Under the pieces are notes generated by a model. The model worked only from the letters and a program-made list of their open reading frames with translations. It did not search any database and was not told the origin of the DNA. A stretch of DNA of 64,000 nucleotides, taken from Perna viridis (taxonomy: Eukaryota). The stretch lies in the NCBI GenBank assembly GCA_037379345.1, contig CM074511.1:72050862-72114861 (forward strand). Direction: 5' to 3'. Positions 1 to 12,851 of this stretch are shown here, piece by piece (position 1 is the stretch's first letter; each line of letters begins with the position of its first letter). The translations under genes and the position numbers were made by a program.

Positions 1-591
1 GCTTGTGTTAAACCTGGGAAAACCTTGGGACTTATAATATACGTGTAACACCGGCTCCTAATTATACTTCTGAAAAAACCATAGTATCTCTTATTTATAG
101 GATTTCTTATTTATTCCATTTCTAAACAAGAATGAAGAAGTCGGGGTAAATACGGGACTTTTCACAAACGTCTTTCAATTTTACTTTTAACATTTGAAAT
201 TTGAAATAACCTAGTTACGGGACAAAGTTTACCGGTATAGTCTGTTTGGGTCATTGATAAAACTTTATCGAGTTCTGTGGGTTTTCAATAAATGAACAAA
301 TATGAAAAACTTTGTTAAATCTATTTACATCTTAAATGTGACCAATATCAAAGTAATGAATGTCTAGGTCAATTTGTATAGTGATAAGATTTACAAAATT
401 GGTGGTCATGTTAGGTCAAGTGAGGTCAGATTGAATTTTCAAAAATATCATAATGTCGTATTTCATTTGATAGAGTTTTATGCATACCACATATATGATC
501 AGTCTTGTAGTCTTGGAAAATCTAAGGGAAAATAAAATCATATAAAAACTTAGGCCAGAACATCTTGTTATGACTGAGGCTGGTATTAATC

Positions 592-940
592 TCGCCATCA
601 CGAACTCGTGGATCGTTATGGTGTATCCATCTGCACCATTAAGACTGATTTGTTCATCGTGTCATAGTTTTCCTTTCTTCTTTCGTCTATTCCTGACTTG
701 ACTTTTCATGAACAACTCGGCGTGTTTTTCTAGAAAAGCAGAGGACGCCTACCCTACCGGTGCACCTGGTCCATGCTCCCAGTTTTTAGTGGAGTCCGAG
801 TTGATTATTTGCTTTTGTTACTTTGTATGTATGATTTTAGTTACTTAATGTTCTTTGTTGTCTGTTTTCCATGGTTGGTCTTTGTCCCTGGATTACTTTC
901 TTTTGATTTCCACTAGAATCTTGGTTCATTTGATTACTCT
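592..940 (+). mobile_element. Penelope-like (Naiad-type) retroelement, 5'-truncated: RT C-terminus plus 3' UTR
   Basis: Encodes RHHELVDRYGVSICTIKTDLF then a stop, followed by a UTR ending ...ttgattactct. It is the reverse complement of the copies at 51339-52200 and 54493-55123. Confidence 0.85.
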
Positions 941-1256
941 GTAATTACGGAGAACTATACTGCAGTATAAAACAGGACTGAGGACTAATAATATCTAGGA
1001 CCATGTACGGTACCTACACTATACAGACACAGAACTTATACGTCGATCATACTATTAGTGCCATAAATTTACTGAATCCAAACTTTATCGTACAAATCTG
1101 TATACGTCTGAAGTGTCATTGTCTATCATTATGTTATCTTTCTTTAACCATCAGTAGTATGTAAATTATAAAGCACCATTTGATTAAAAACAGTATTTAC
1201 TATTTAGTTTGAAGAAAGGATTAAACACAGTACTTACTATTTAGTCTGGAGCATAT

Positions 1257-2255
1257 ATAGTGCTTTCGTCAACTGTTGTTCACAGTGGTTTCTTAAACAG
1301 TTGTATACAATGGTTCCGTCAACGGTTGTATACAGTCATTTCATCAACAATAGTGTACAATAGTTACGTCAACAGTAATATACAGTGGTTTCTTCAACAG
1401 TTGCGTAAATTGGTTTCCCCAACAGTTGTTCAGTGGTTTCGTCAACGATGGAACACAGTGGTTTCGTCAACAATATTATACAGCGTTTTCGTCAACAGTT
1501 GTATGCAGTGGTTTCGTCAACGATTGTATACATTGGTTACGTCAACGGTGTATACAGCGGTTTTGTCAACAATATTATACAATTCTTTTCGCCAACCGTT
1601 GTTTACAGTGGTTTCGTCAATGGTGGTATACAGTGGTTTCGTCAACAGTAGAATACAGTGTTTTCGCCAACAGTTGTATAAATTGCTTTTGCCATCAGTA
1701 GTATACAGTGGTTTCGTCAACGGTTGTACACAGTGGTTTCGCGAGCAGTAATATACAGCGTTTTCGTCAACAGTTGTATATAGGAGTTTCGTAAACGATT
1801 GTATACAGTGGTTTCGTCAACGGTGGTATACAGTGGTTTCGTCAACAGTAATACACAGTGGTTTTATCATCAGTTGAATAAATTGGTTTCGCCAACAGTT
1901 GTATACAGTGGTTTCGTCAACAGTTGAATTTAGTGGTTTTGTCAACCATATTATACAATTCTTTTCGTCAACAGTTGTGTACAGTAGTTTCGTCAACGAT
2001 TGTATTCAGTAGTTTCGTCAACAGTTGTATTCAGTACTTTACTTAACATTCAACAGAAGCATATTATGGTTTATTTAACAGTTAAATACTGCAGAGTTGT
2101 CAACAGTTGTATTCAGTGGTTTCGGCAAAATGTGTAATACTATGCAGTTTTTTTATTTGGCATTCAAGAGTAGTATACAGTGGTTTCGTCAACAGTTGCA
2201 TTCAGTTGTCTCGTCAATATTTAACAGTTGCGTACTGTGCTTTCGTCAACAGTAG
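1257..2255. repeat. Minisatellite, 25-bp unit (cagtggtttcgtcaacagttgtata), ~40 diverged copies
   Basis: Unit starts at 1806, 1831 and 1856 give a 25-bp period. Explains the ORFs at 1260-1751. Confidence 0.95.
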
Positions 2256-4399
2256 TATATATACATTTGTTCAGTAAACAATAGCATAGAATTGTTCTAA
2301 TCTTTATTGTTTCGGTTTATCTTGTTTTTGTACTAGATAATAATTATATGGAATTATATATGCATAACTTAAAAAAATTTAAGAGAAGTTCTCCTTATCA
2401 GTATATAGCACAGTAGAAACTGTAGAATCTAGAAAGGACAAAAGAATTCCGATCGGAGGAGGTATAATTTGTTAACTATTTGGCTAGAGTAAATACAGAA
2501 AAAGATATACTAGTTCAGTATTCCTGAATTGGTTGTCAATCAGAATACTATATATTTCAGGTTTTTTTTGTAGTTTTGTGTGATCATCATTGTCTTTAAA
2601 ATCTTTCATATAGCTGGCATACTGGGCTCTGTATTCAAAAACAAAAGATAAATGATAGTAAGGCCATAGTTAAGCAAGATTTCTTTCTCTGTATAAAGGC
2701 AAACAACTTGTTAAGGAGCAATGCAATGTCATCTTTGGACAGGACATTTAAGGAATTTATCAGACTTCAGTCATTAATCAGCTGCAAACAGTATGCTTTA
2801 AGGTTTGTTGAACCACAGACATAGTCTAGAAAATAAACTTTTGTCACTCCAACATGGATAAGGTAAAGTCGGTTCGACGACCTATCGAACATGTTAAAAA
2901 GTCGTCAAAAATTTTACGTTTCTGTTACAGTTTGAACCACATAGAGTAGTGAAAGAAGCACTTGCCTTATAGAGTGTTAATAATATCGGTTTTTTTTTCA
3001 AATCTTGTGTTAAGAACTACCTTTTCATTCCCCGTGGGTTTGTATCAGAAATGCAGAATTGCTCATTAAAGTACAACGAACTACTGTTTATACTAAATAA
3101 TTCGGTTGCAAGTGTTTTGTGCTTAGGAATCAGCACAATAGGGGAAAATAATCGTATATGTGACATCGGGACTCCATTCATATAGGGTTTGAATTAACAG
3201 GATATGTGGGTGTTCCTCCAAAAAATATCATCAATTAACGCTGCATTCTAGAGTAGCTTTGCTAACATGTCAATATCGTTCAGGTAAAGTAGGACGGTAG
3301 TTTGGAATGTTGATTTTTGTGATATGTCTGTGTTTAATGTATTCTCTAAAGATACGCTTACTATTGAGTGTCTAAATCCTGGGTACAATGCATGTCACCA
3401 ATCACCTTTGCAACTATTATTCCTTGAAAGAAAAAAACAAAACAAAACAAAACAAAAACAAAACAAATCAATATTTTATATTTAAGATATACGCTAGTGT
3501 GTTTGCTACTTTTCATCACATCCGTTCTTTTTACTATCTATTTCCTTTTTCGTGGTTTTCAACTTTTACCTTTTTGTTGGCACTATATTTTATTGTATTA
3601 CTCATCATGTGTTGAACATTCTAAGACTAACATGATCATGCATAGCAATTGTTTTGTTTTTCTTGTATGTTTATTTTTTTTTTAATTATTTCCAAATTTA
3701 TGAACCATTTTCTAGACGTGGCAGGTAATTGATTGTTATGCGTTAAGACTAACAGGCCCTCGTGTCTGGAGCTGAATGTGAGTTGACTTTTTCAAAGTTT
3801 TCTTCTTCTTTTCGTAATTTCATCGACAAATAATTCATTTTTGTCGTATGTTGCTTACGACTTTAATAAAGCCGAATAAAAACTATCGGTATGTGAGTTT
3901 TATGACTGTTTAACCCTTAAGTCACTTAATTTATTCTATATTTTTTTACTTATTTTTTCTTCATATCTGGTCGGAATGTGGGGAACCTTATGGAAGCTTT
4001 AATTCCACGTGAATGATTCAGATGGGGTAGAGGTTACAACACATTCGCTACCATTCTAAAATTAATTTGAAAAAAAAAACACACACACACACAAAACAAA
4101 GCAAGAAACAATTGACTTCTTCAAGAATCTCAAATTTTTTCCCAAATATATGTTTATGCCTCATAACCTGAAAACCCCAAAGTTAGATAGTTTAAGTTGA
4201 TACTAGCAAGTTAACAACGAAGCGTAAAATTACATTCTGTATGTAGTCATTTCGTATCGTAAAAAGAAAAAAAATGTTTTATAACAAAGTTTTGTTAGTT
4301 TGATCAGGGATCCGGAGAGTATATTAGAATATAAAGTCCCTGGTTTGATCCGTTTGTATGAATATATATAGACTGACGAAAGAGTTTCGTTCAGACCAC

Positions 4400-4800
4400 T
4401 CATTTAAAGTCACAAAACTTCCGCCGGCTGCATTATTGAACATTTGGGCAATGCGATAGTTGAAATAACACTATAAGTTGTATGTATGTATAAAGTTCAC
4501 CGTGCTTTTAAACGACCTGGGAAAAACATTACTTTATAATTCCCGCCGTTTTTTAGTATTGTATTGCCTCCCATGTACCGCCGGAAGTGTTCGTTTATGC
4601 AATTGTGATGCAGTGGCTGTCAGCTCCTAAGTAACTATTTCAAAGTAAATGTATAAGGTTTTCTGCTCACTGGCACTTTTGTTCTCTGTCTATTATAGTT
4701 GCAACCTATCATGCATAGTTATGATAAGATAATATTTAGGCAATAGAGATTGTAAACTGGTTAAACCTATTTCCGGTGCAATCACAAATCTATTTTTTTG
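4400..4800 (+). promoter_or_regulatory. Putative housekeeping-type promoter/TSS region of a long + strand gene
   Basis: Cluster of ETS-like sites (acttccg ~4417, ccggaagtg ~4581, atttccgg ~4770) and an E2F-like ttcccgcc (~4540). CpG is retained upstream and visibly depleted from ~5.5 kb onward. Inference only. Confidence 0.45.
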
Positions 4801-5067
4801 TTTAGCCCCTAAGTTAAAGTACTTTGCGTGATCACATTCCTATCCTTTAAAATCTTGCCACTGTGAAAAAAATATAACACACTTAAACACACCAGAAATC
4901 AAAGAAAGGTCCGAGTCCATCGGAAATAAAGAAACCGAATAGACAATGCAAATTACAATAGTCAATACCGAGAAAACTAAGGACTACTTCAAAAATTAGC
5001 AGTTAACTGACATGCGGCATTAAGTTTGCACTGACAGTTGGCTTTCTTGGGAAGACCTTTTTTTTTC

Positions 5068-5125
5068 TTGCTTTATGGTATGGGTTTTGCCCATCATTGA
5101 AGACTGTGTGGTGGCCAGTAGAAGT
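5068..5125 (+). mobile_element. Degenerate mollusc SINE fragment (continues at ~5808-5890)
   Basis: ggtatgggttttgcccatcattgaagactgtgtggtggcc and gacctat...gtctcatggtcaatcataccaca resemble two consecutive parts of an abundant bivalve SINE body (recalled, not searched). Confidence 0.4.
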
Positions 5126-6254
5126 TTAGGTTGCACTGTACAAATGAGATTCAGGTGCACTGTTTTGTACACAAATCTGACCTGGTCTAATTTTGAAAAA
5201 CTTAAAATAAAAGGTGGAACTTGGTGGAAATATTGATATTGGATAGTGGAGTGTTCATACATGAATAGATGCAATACTTGTGACAGTAGAGAGGTGTAAA
5301 ATGCATGCTTATGCCATCCAGAATACTTGTGAAGGTAAAGAGATGTAAAATGCAAGCTTTAAGCTATCCGGAAAGATTCAGGTCCTCACCGGATTGGGTT
5401 CTCTTCCCTGCACCAACTGGCTGTTTTTCAAAAATGCAAAATTTCGCACGAACTTTAAGAATTAAAATCATGAACAAATGAGCAGAAAAGGTACACTTTT
5501 TATTTGTTTTTTTACAATGATACCATGCCAACTTACTTTTTCTGGCAGTTTTTAAGTGCCTGATATTTTAGAAAACCTGTTTTTTTGACAATTAATTTTG
5601 GGAAGGCACTCAAAATTTGTTTTGTACCATGGCTACAGATTTTCATAACAAAATATAAAAAATAGTATCTATCTTTTTTCATGGATCTCCATAATGTAAG
5701 GTTTTGAAAAATATATACTTTTTACATGAAAAAAATGTTGGATTTGCTTGTTTAAGTGTCTCAATATAGCTTTAATTTCCACAAATTGTCATAAAGTTAT
5801 CTGCAGCGACCTATCTGTATAGTTGAACTTGCTTGACTTTTTGTGGATGACTGTCTCATGGTCAATCATACCACAAGTTCTATTGTTATATTCTCTTATA
5901 ACGTCCTTAAAAAGCTTTCAGAACTCAACCATGGTATATTCCATAGCCTATGCTTAAATGGACATGCTTTGTTTCCCTAAATTTACCTTTCACAAATTCT
6001 TTTGATTGTATAGCCAAATATGGGTAACATTTTGATAAGTATTAGCTATCAATACATTTCATTCATTGATAGAATGAAAGATCGTCAAGATCAATATTCA
6101 TATTTAGTAAAACATAATAAAAGGACATCAGTGACCTTTTTGAAAAAAAATAAAGCCTTACAGTAAATAATAATAATAAAAAAAAAAAAAAAAAAAAAAA
6201 TCAACATAAATTGTATTATCATGTGCATGTGGCCTACACAATAATACAGTACAC

Positions 6255-6437
6255 ATTGTAAAATGTAGAAATAGATGTGAACAATGCAACCTTAAAAATG
6301 TAGGAATACATGTGAACACTGCAACCATAAAAATGTAGGAGTACATGTGAATACTGCAACCTTAAAAATGTAGGAATACACGTGAACATTGCAACCTTAA
6401 AGATATAGGAGTACATGTGAATACTGCAACCTAAAAA
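6255..6437. repeat. Minisatellite, 35-bp unit (tgcaaccttaaaaatgtaggaatacatgtgaacac), ~5 copies
   Basis: Period 6285 to 6320. Confidence 0.9.
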
Positions 6438-6554
6438 GTGCATTTATTTTTTTCACATGGTGTATGTTCACTGAATGAAAGAGCTGAATATGGCAGAAGT
6501 CTTTTGTCACAAAAAGCTATTAGAATTGGTATGAATCACTGAAACATCATTTTA

Positions 6555-6660
6555 TTATCATTTTACCATGGTCTGGCCATTTATGTCTATCTTTAATCCC
6601 GTGCTTTCGCTTGGAATAAAATGTTACGTAAATAGCCAGCCAATGGTAAAACAATGATAA
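6555..6660. repeat. Imperfect inverted repeat, possibly a Crypton-type non-autonomous element arm
   Basis: ttttaccatggtctggccatttatgt pairs imperfectly with acgtaaatagccagccaatggtaaaa around a CpG-containing centre. Confidence 0.45.
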
Positions 6661-7196
6661 AATGGATTTTCCACGATCTATTTCTTAAATATCAACTTAT
6701 GTGGTTTACAAAAAAAAAATCCCTATATTGACTTTTTTTATCAGCGAGGTGACTGGAACCACAGATATATTTTTTTTGCCTAAGTAGACCCTTTGACTGT
6801 GTGCACAGAGAACTAGCATTAAAGGGTCAATTTCAGTTAACTTCTCATCACCACAGGATGTTTATACACTAATAATAGCATGCAGACTGTAATTTATTAG
6901 GGTTGACAATTTTTTTATGTCTGATACTAGAAAATGGTCGTCAGTCATTTTAAAAATTTGTCAGTCAATAATCGGTATTTTTGACCATTTCCAGGCTCTT
7001 GTTCTCATGATCAGTTGATTATCTCTTACTTTTCTACTTGATTTTTCAATAATTGATACATTTTAATTCTCATACATTTGGATTTTCAAAATTTTATGGC
7101 CAATGATAATCATGACTCCTTGTGCATATCATTATCCTATATCTGTAATCAAATCTTTCAGCATAAAATTACAGGTCTTCACTTCCAGGGATGTCA

Positions 7197-7992
7197 ATAA
7201 CAACTAGAACATCTTACATTGAATGAGTATCTGTCCACATACTAAACTAGCACAACTAGAACCTCTTACATTCTAGGAGTATCTGCTCACCTACTAACCT
7301 AGCACAACTAGAGCCTCTTACATTCTAGGAGTATCTGTCCACATATAAACCTAACACAATTAGAACCTCTTACAGTGTAGGAGTGTCTGTCCACATACTA
7401 AACTAGCACAACTAGAACATCTTAAATTTTAGGAGTATATGCTCGCCTACTAACCTAGCACAACTATAATATCTTATAATGTAGGAGTATCTGTCCACAT
7501 ACTAAACTAGCACAACTAGAACTTCTTATATTTTAGGAGTATCTGTCCACCTATTAACCTAATACTAGAACTTACTACATTTTATGAGTATTTGTCCACA
7601 TACTTAACTAGCATTAGAACATCTTACAGTGTACAAGTATCTGTCCACTTACTAACCTAGCACACCTGGAACTTCTTATATTTTATGACTATCTGTCCGC
7701 ATACTTCACTAGCTCAATTAGAACATCTTACAGTATAGGAGTATCTGTCCACTTACTAACTTAGCTTAACTAGAACTTCTTATATTTTAGGATTATCAGT
7801 CCAATTACTAACCTAGCACAACTAGAACATCTTATAGTGTAGGAGTATCTGTCCACTTACTAACTTAGCACAACTAGAACTTATATTTTAGGATTATCTG
7901 CTCACCTACTAACCTAGCACAGCTAGAACATCTTATAGTGTAGGAGTATCTGTCCACATACTAAACTAGCACAACTAGAACATCTTAAATTT
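7197..7992. repeat. Minisatellite, 52-bp unit (cacaactagaacctcttacattctaggagtatctgtccacatactaaactag), ~15 copies
   Basis: Period 7251 to 7303. Confidence 0.95.
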
Positions 7993-8908
7993 TTGTAAGA
8001 TTGTCAGTCCAGGCATAGTGACCTTAAACTGTTGTAATGGATTTTGATGAAATATAATATAAATGAAACTAGCTTCAGTTACCTGTAGATGTAATAATAA
8101 CTATATTTTATTGTGGAATAAAAAACTAACTTCTGGAATACAATAATTGTATGCGGAAATTTTAAAACATAGCAAACCAATGAATTCTCATGTACATATA
8201 CATGTATTTCCCTAATCAATAAACAAGACAATTGTTCACTTGAAAATGACATTTCATTGGTTATTTGAAAGCTTTCAATCAATTCAATTTTGAGCTTTTC
8301 TCTCAATTAAAACGTAATACTAGATATGTACAGGTATATCTGAGACACCATTTCATGTGTGTTAGCTGTCATATTTTATACATTATATTGAATGTAAATT
8401 TTTGTCTTAATTGTGGTTTTCTACATGTATATAGACTTTTTCGAGCAATGGTATAGTACCGTATTTTCAGCACAATTCCTCCTGTTATAATGATCACATG
8501 ATGAATTACCAGCATACTGATGCTATAATATATATGGAGACAACTACTTGAATTTTTTTTATTCTTGGGGAGAAGGTGAAAAAATTTAGAACATAATATT
8601 TAACTCCTTGACATTTTTGGAAAAAAAAATATTTTGATCTTAAGGATGGGAGGAAAATAATATTTATAATAATTTATCCTTTCACATCTCTCTGATCCAA
8701 TCATAAGACTTTTACATACATTTTTATTTGAAAATAAATGATTGAAGTTGTTGTTTATGAAAATTAAAATATTTTAATCATTAACATGGTGAAAATAAAT
8801 ATTTTGATCCCTAAAAATCTTTCAAGCCCTACCCTCAACATCAAATGATTGTTCCCCTATGATAGAAGAGGTGAAAACATCAGTAAAATGTTCTTTTGTT
8901 TATTTCAG

Positions 8909-9002
8909 TTCAGAACAAGTCCAAATTTGATTTACATTGGTGATGTATGTAAACATTAAAGGTCAGGGAGAGGTAATAGACCTGGCAGTGGCCTTCAGTC
9001 AG
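8909..9002 (+). other. Putative 94-nt spliceosomal exon; 5' UTR exon or start-codon exon (ATG 8943: MYVNIKGQGEVIDLAVAFSQ, phase 0)
   Basis: Acceptor ttcttttgtttatttcag| and near-consensus donor CAG|gtgagt. All three through-frames are closed, but ATG 8943 is open to the donor (60 nt). Confidence 0.5.
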
Positions 9003-10768
9003 GTGAGTAACCTCAAACAACATATCTGGTAATTAGAAACCTCTACAATTATAAAGTTTATTTTTTCTCAGTTTAAGCAATAATATTCAGTTGTATTTAT
9101 AGTGAGTATTGATAAATATCTGATGCCATCCATGACCCATTCCTCCCCTATTAACTGTTATTGACTAACGGTACAATACATAGCCTTGTATCATCCTAGA
9201 GAATAATTAAGTGTTAAAGGTGTATTGTCTAGAGTGTAATAAATTAGCCATAATTAGCTGAAATTTAATTTTAACACTCCACATGCTTACTTTTACTTCA
9301 GATTTCAGTGATATGGTGAATTCTTATTTAAGTTCAAGGCTATTAAATTAGAAGTTGTTCAGTGCACATGTCCTTAGCTTGGTACCGGTAGTACTTTTTT
9401 ATGTTCAGTTTAGTCTAGCAGAAAGATCTCTTGTGAGTGTATTTCATAAAAGTTTCAGATTTACTTGTAAAGTGATTAATGCCTGAAGTACCAATTACTT
9501 TAAATGCCTTCTTTACATGTTGATTGTCTGGAGAATGTTACTGGTACTATGGTACTATACAGTAGGACAAAAGACCGTATTATTATCCAAATGTAGGCAG
9601 AAGAAAAAATTTTGAAAGGAATTAAAGTTAAAATTAATTATACCTGTATGTACATGTAGGAGTAATTTAGATCTTATCATACTATGGATGTCTATAAACT
9701 GTAGGTTGTCTTTTCTTCTAAGACTATATCTTATGTTTGAGTCTTCTTTGACAAAGTTTGTTGGAGTGAGACAAGTCACACCATGGATTTCCTTGGCACA
9801 TATGTAAGGATTAAATGTTTGAAGATAAATGACAATTTATTGTGTTTATTGTGTTTTTTTTAATGATTTTTGGCCTTATAAGGATGTTTGCTGCTCATGT
9901 TCAGTCATTTTTATCAGATTTTCAAACTCCTCTGGCTTTATCCATTTCGTAGCATAAATATTTTTTGCCAAGTGACCCCCACTTTTCTTTCCATAATTTC
10001 ATTAAACACACCTGAAAATCTCAGAAGTTTTTATGAAATCTTTATCATTTCTTCAGTGTTAATAATAGATAGAACCCAATAAGATAAAACCTATGGAAAA
10101 TTAAGAGAAATCTTTTCCTGCCAAAATTTCAAATGCTTATATCTTAAAGCACAATGACCCATCATTTATTAAGTCGCTAATATTGTGAGCGACTTCTTGC
10201 ACTCATAATTTCAGTACTTAATATTTGCATATGATTTGCATAAATATGTAGTTATATGCCACATAATGCTGCAGATTATCACTGTGTTTACTGCCATAGC
10301 GTTGTAGTTCTAGCTTCAAACTAGATAAAAATGTACCTCTTAAGTATCATACACGTGTGTTGTAAGTGTGTATCTTGCTTGTATGAGAACAGAAAGTTTA
10401 CATGAAATGATTGGTTAGCTTTGAACATTACACAGTTTCCGATTCAGGCACTAAGGCTCGTTACAAGACTATATAGGTCATATACATTAGCATGCCCAAT
10501 TATATATGAATATTCATTGCCAGCTGGTTAATCTGGTTTCTAAAATGGTTTCCTGGTCAACAACATAAGCGACCCAAAGATTGCTACAACATACCTTATT
10601 TAAAACATATCATACACATGTCTATGCTTGTGTTTTTTGCTTGTATTAGAATGGTAAGCTTACATTATAAACATAAAATGACCGGTTAGCATTGAATTTA
10701 TGCAATATTACCCAGTTTCCGATTCAAACACAGGCGTTCTTTACAATTGATTATGTAAAGGTCATATA

Positions 10769-11477
10769 CAGGGTTCGACATTAACGGTTGCCCGATTGCC
10801 CGGGGCAAGTAAATCGCCGGTCTGGGCAAGTAAAAACGACATCAAAGTTACCCGACTGGGCAAGTGAAAAAAATATGTGCCCAAATTACATTATTTCTGA
10901 TCATCGCAGCTCTAAAACATCGAAAATTACTTCTGTATAGTTCGCCGTTCTTCCCGACCTTGCTGACCTAGATTATCATTGGATAGTTTTCTGATTTTCC
11001 CTTTGCCAAAAATAGATCGTATGATATTAATGTCGACCAATCGGATGCGTCCAATTGTACATCTATTTTCGTTATCCAATTGAACATCGCGATTTATTTA
11101 TGGAATTTCTTACTTTGGAAAACTGTAAGAAATCTGTATCGAAAACTTCGAAAATATGAGAGAAAAAGAGAAATAAAATTCTATTGAAGATAGTTATTGT
11201 TGTCCATTTGTTAAACTAAAGATGTGAAATAAAAACTCCTCACATGAATACTTGTAATTTCTTTGCTTCTTGTTTTACCCCTTATTCCCGCAAAAAATAT
11301 GACGGCTTTTCGATTTATTTGGCTTGCAATTAATCAGTTCTCCCCAAGTGTCGAGGGAGTAAACACTATGTAGTGACACAAAGTTCCGGGCAAGTATTTC
11401 AATATTTCGGGCAAGTGAATCACATATGTCACTTGCCCGACTGGACAAGTGAATATAAAAGTTAACGTCGAACCCTG
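10769..11477. mobile_element. Non-autonomous hAT-like DNA transposon (709 bp), 5-bp TSD (hAT5-like)
   Basis: 17-bp TIR cagggttcgac(a/g)ttaac with 1 mismatch; multiple subterminal gggcaagt/acttgccc motifs at both ends; flanked by atata/atata; CpG-rich relative to the flanks. Confidence 0.85.
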
Positions 11478-11564
11478 ATATATATTATCAGGACACCGAT
11501 ATCTGTATATAGCCATTGACAGTTGTTTAATCTTGTTCCGAATGATTGAAAACATACGGTTACA

Positions 11565-11612
11565 AAAGAGTATTCAATAATATCAAAGGAACCAAGATTT
11601 TAGTGGAAATCA
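11565..11612 (-). mobile_element. Very short 3'-terminal scrap of the Naiad-type element
   Basis: agagta...tcaaaggaaccaagattttagtggaaatca matches the 3' end of the other copies. Confidence 0.55.
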
Positions 11613-12511
11613 CCCAGTTTCAGAGCATATTGCATTTGTACCATTTCAAATGTTGAAAGGAAGCCAAAATCAGTGACAGTGAATACTTGACAATTAAGGA
11701 CTTTGAAGACTTCAGTCTTTAAATTTTTCTTATATTGTTTTAACATGAAAGATCTTAGATATTTCACAATCCTTCAAATCCTTGTTATTTTTTAACAGAG
11801 CAGCAAACATCCATTACGTTTTTTTCTGCATTGAATGTGTCAATTGTTTCTGGATAAATTTATTTTTAATCAGGCTTTCAATTGTGATAATAATTTTTAA
11901 TACCCCATCTAAATAGATGGGGAACATGAGTTGTTCTGACAAGTTTCTCAAGAAAAATTGAATGGATCATAAAGTGTTTTGATAGTAGTAATATTATATG
12001 ACAGTATAGCACACAATAATTAGCCACAAAAGTGAAAGAACAACATATTCTTGTTGTCTGAAATTATCAATGAACCATTAGACATTCCCAAAATGTTTTG
12101 GTCAATGACTGACATCTTTGACAATACACTTGCTCACTTGGCTACAGGTACATGTAGGTACTACTTCTTAGTAAACAGGTGTGTTATGTTATGGCTATTT
12201 TACATTTATTTAGTAAAAGTGACAATCTAATGATAAACCATTATTACGTGATAATCACCGACGCTAGGTGTTAATCACCGACGCCAGGTAAACCACAAAT
12301 ATTGCACATGTTCATTTGTATACTCTATACATGTTAAATTGTTTACAGACTATTTGAATGATTGGGTGACTTCTTTGTACTAATGGCTTGGTAATGGTTT
12401 GTCAAAGGTACACAATCTATAATAATTAGTATTCAGACATATTGATACAGAATTGGAGTAAAGTAACTTCATGTAATAGGATGACAATTCATTTGTCAGT
12501 CAATTGCACTA

Positions 12512-12750
12512 TTAGGCCAAAAAAATCATATAAAACTCTTGTTTCCTGCTACCAACAAGACTAAATAGTTACAATTGGTAGGGAAATTATTTTATTTTTT
12601 AAGAACATTTTACATTGAGTTAATGGAGAAACAATCTAGACAGCGATCTAGAAACAGTGCTTATAGCAACACGGCAATAAATTGTGTAATGTAGGCACTA
12701 ACAAATATAATAGGTAGGGAAGCCGGAATCAGATATATTTTGGCTTTCCT
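12512..12750. mobile_element. Degenerate MITE with a ttaggc terminus (Zator-like); related inverted copy at ~41105-41280
   Basis: 12575-12645 (ggtagggaaattattttatt...attgagttaat...acaatcta) matches the reverse complement of ~41190-41265. Both copies start ttaggc.aaaaaaa. Confidence 0.45.
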
Positions 12751-12851
12751 TGCAAAATATCTTGTTTACATTGAATCCAACAGAGGACTTAAAGAACTCA
12801 TTCTACAAGAGAAACTAAGTACATGACAACCAAAGGTTATTAACCTTACTA

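Noticed and set aside
1260-1751. 163-aa ORF, the longest in the window
   Set aside because: Read-through of the 25-bp minisatellite.
5359-5775. Kolobok-like element bounded by TTAA
   Set aside because: Only a 5-6 bp terminal match (gctat/atagc), too weak to call.
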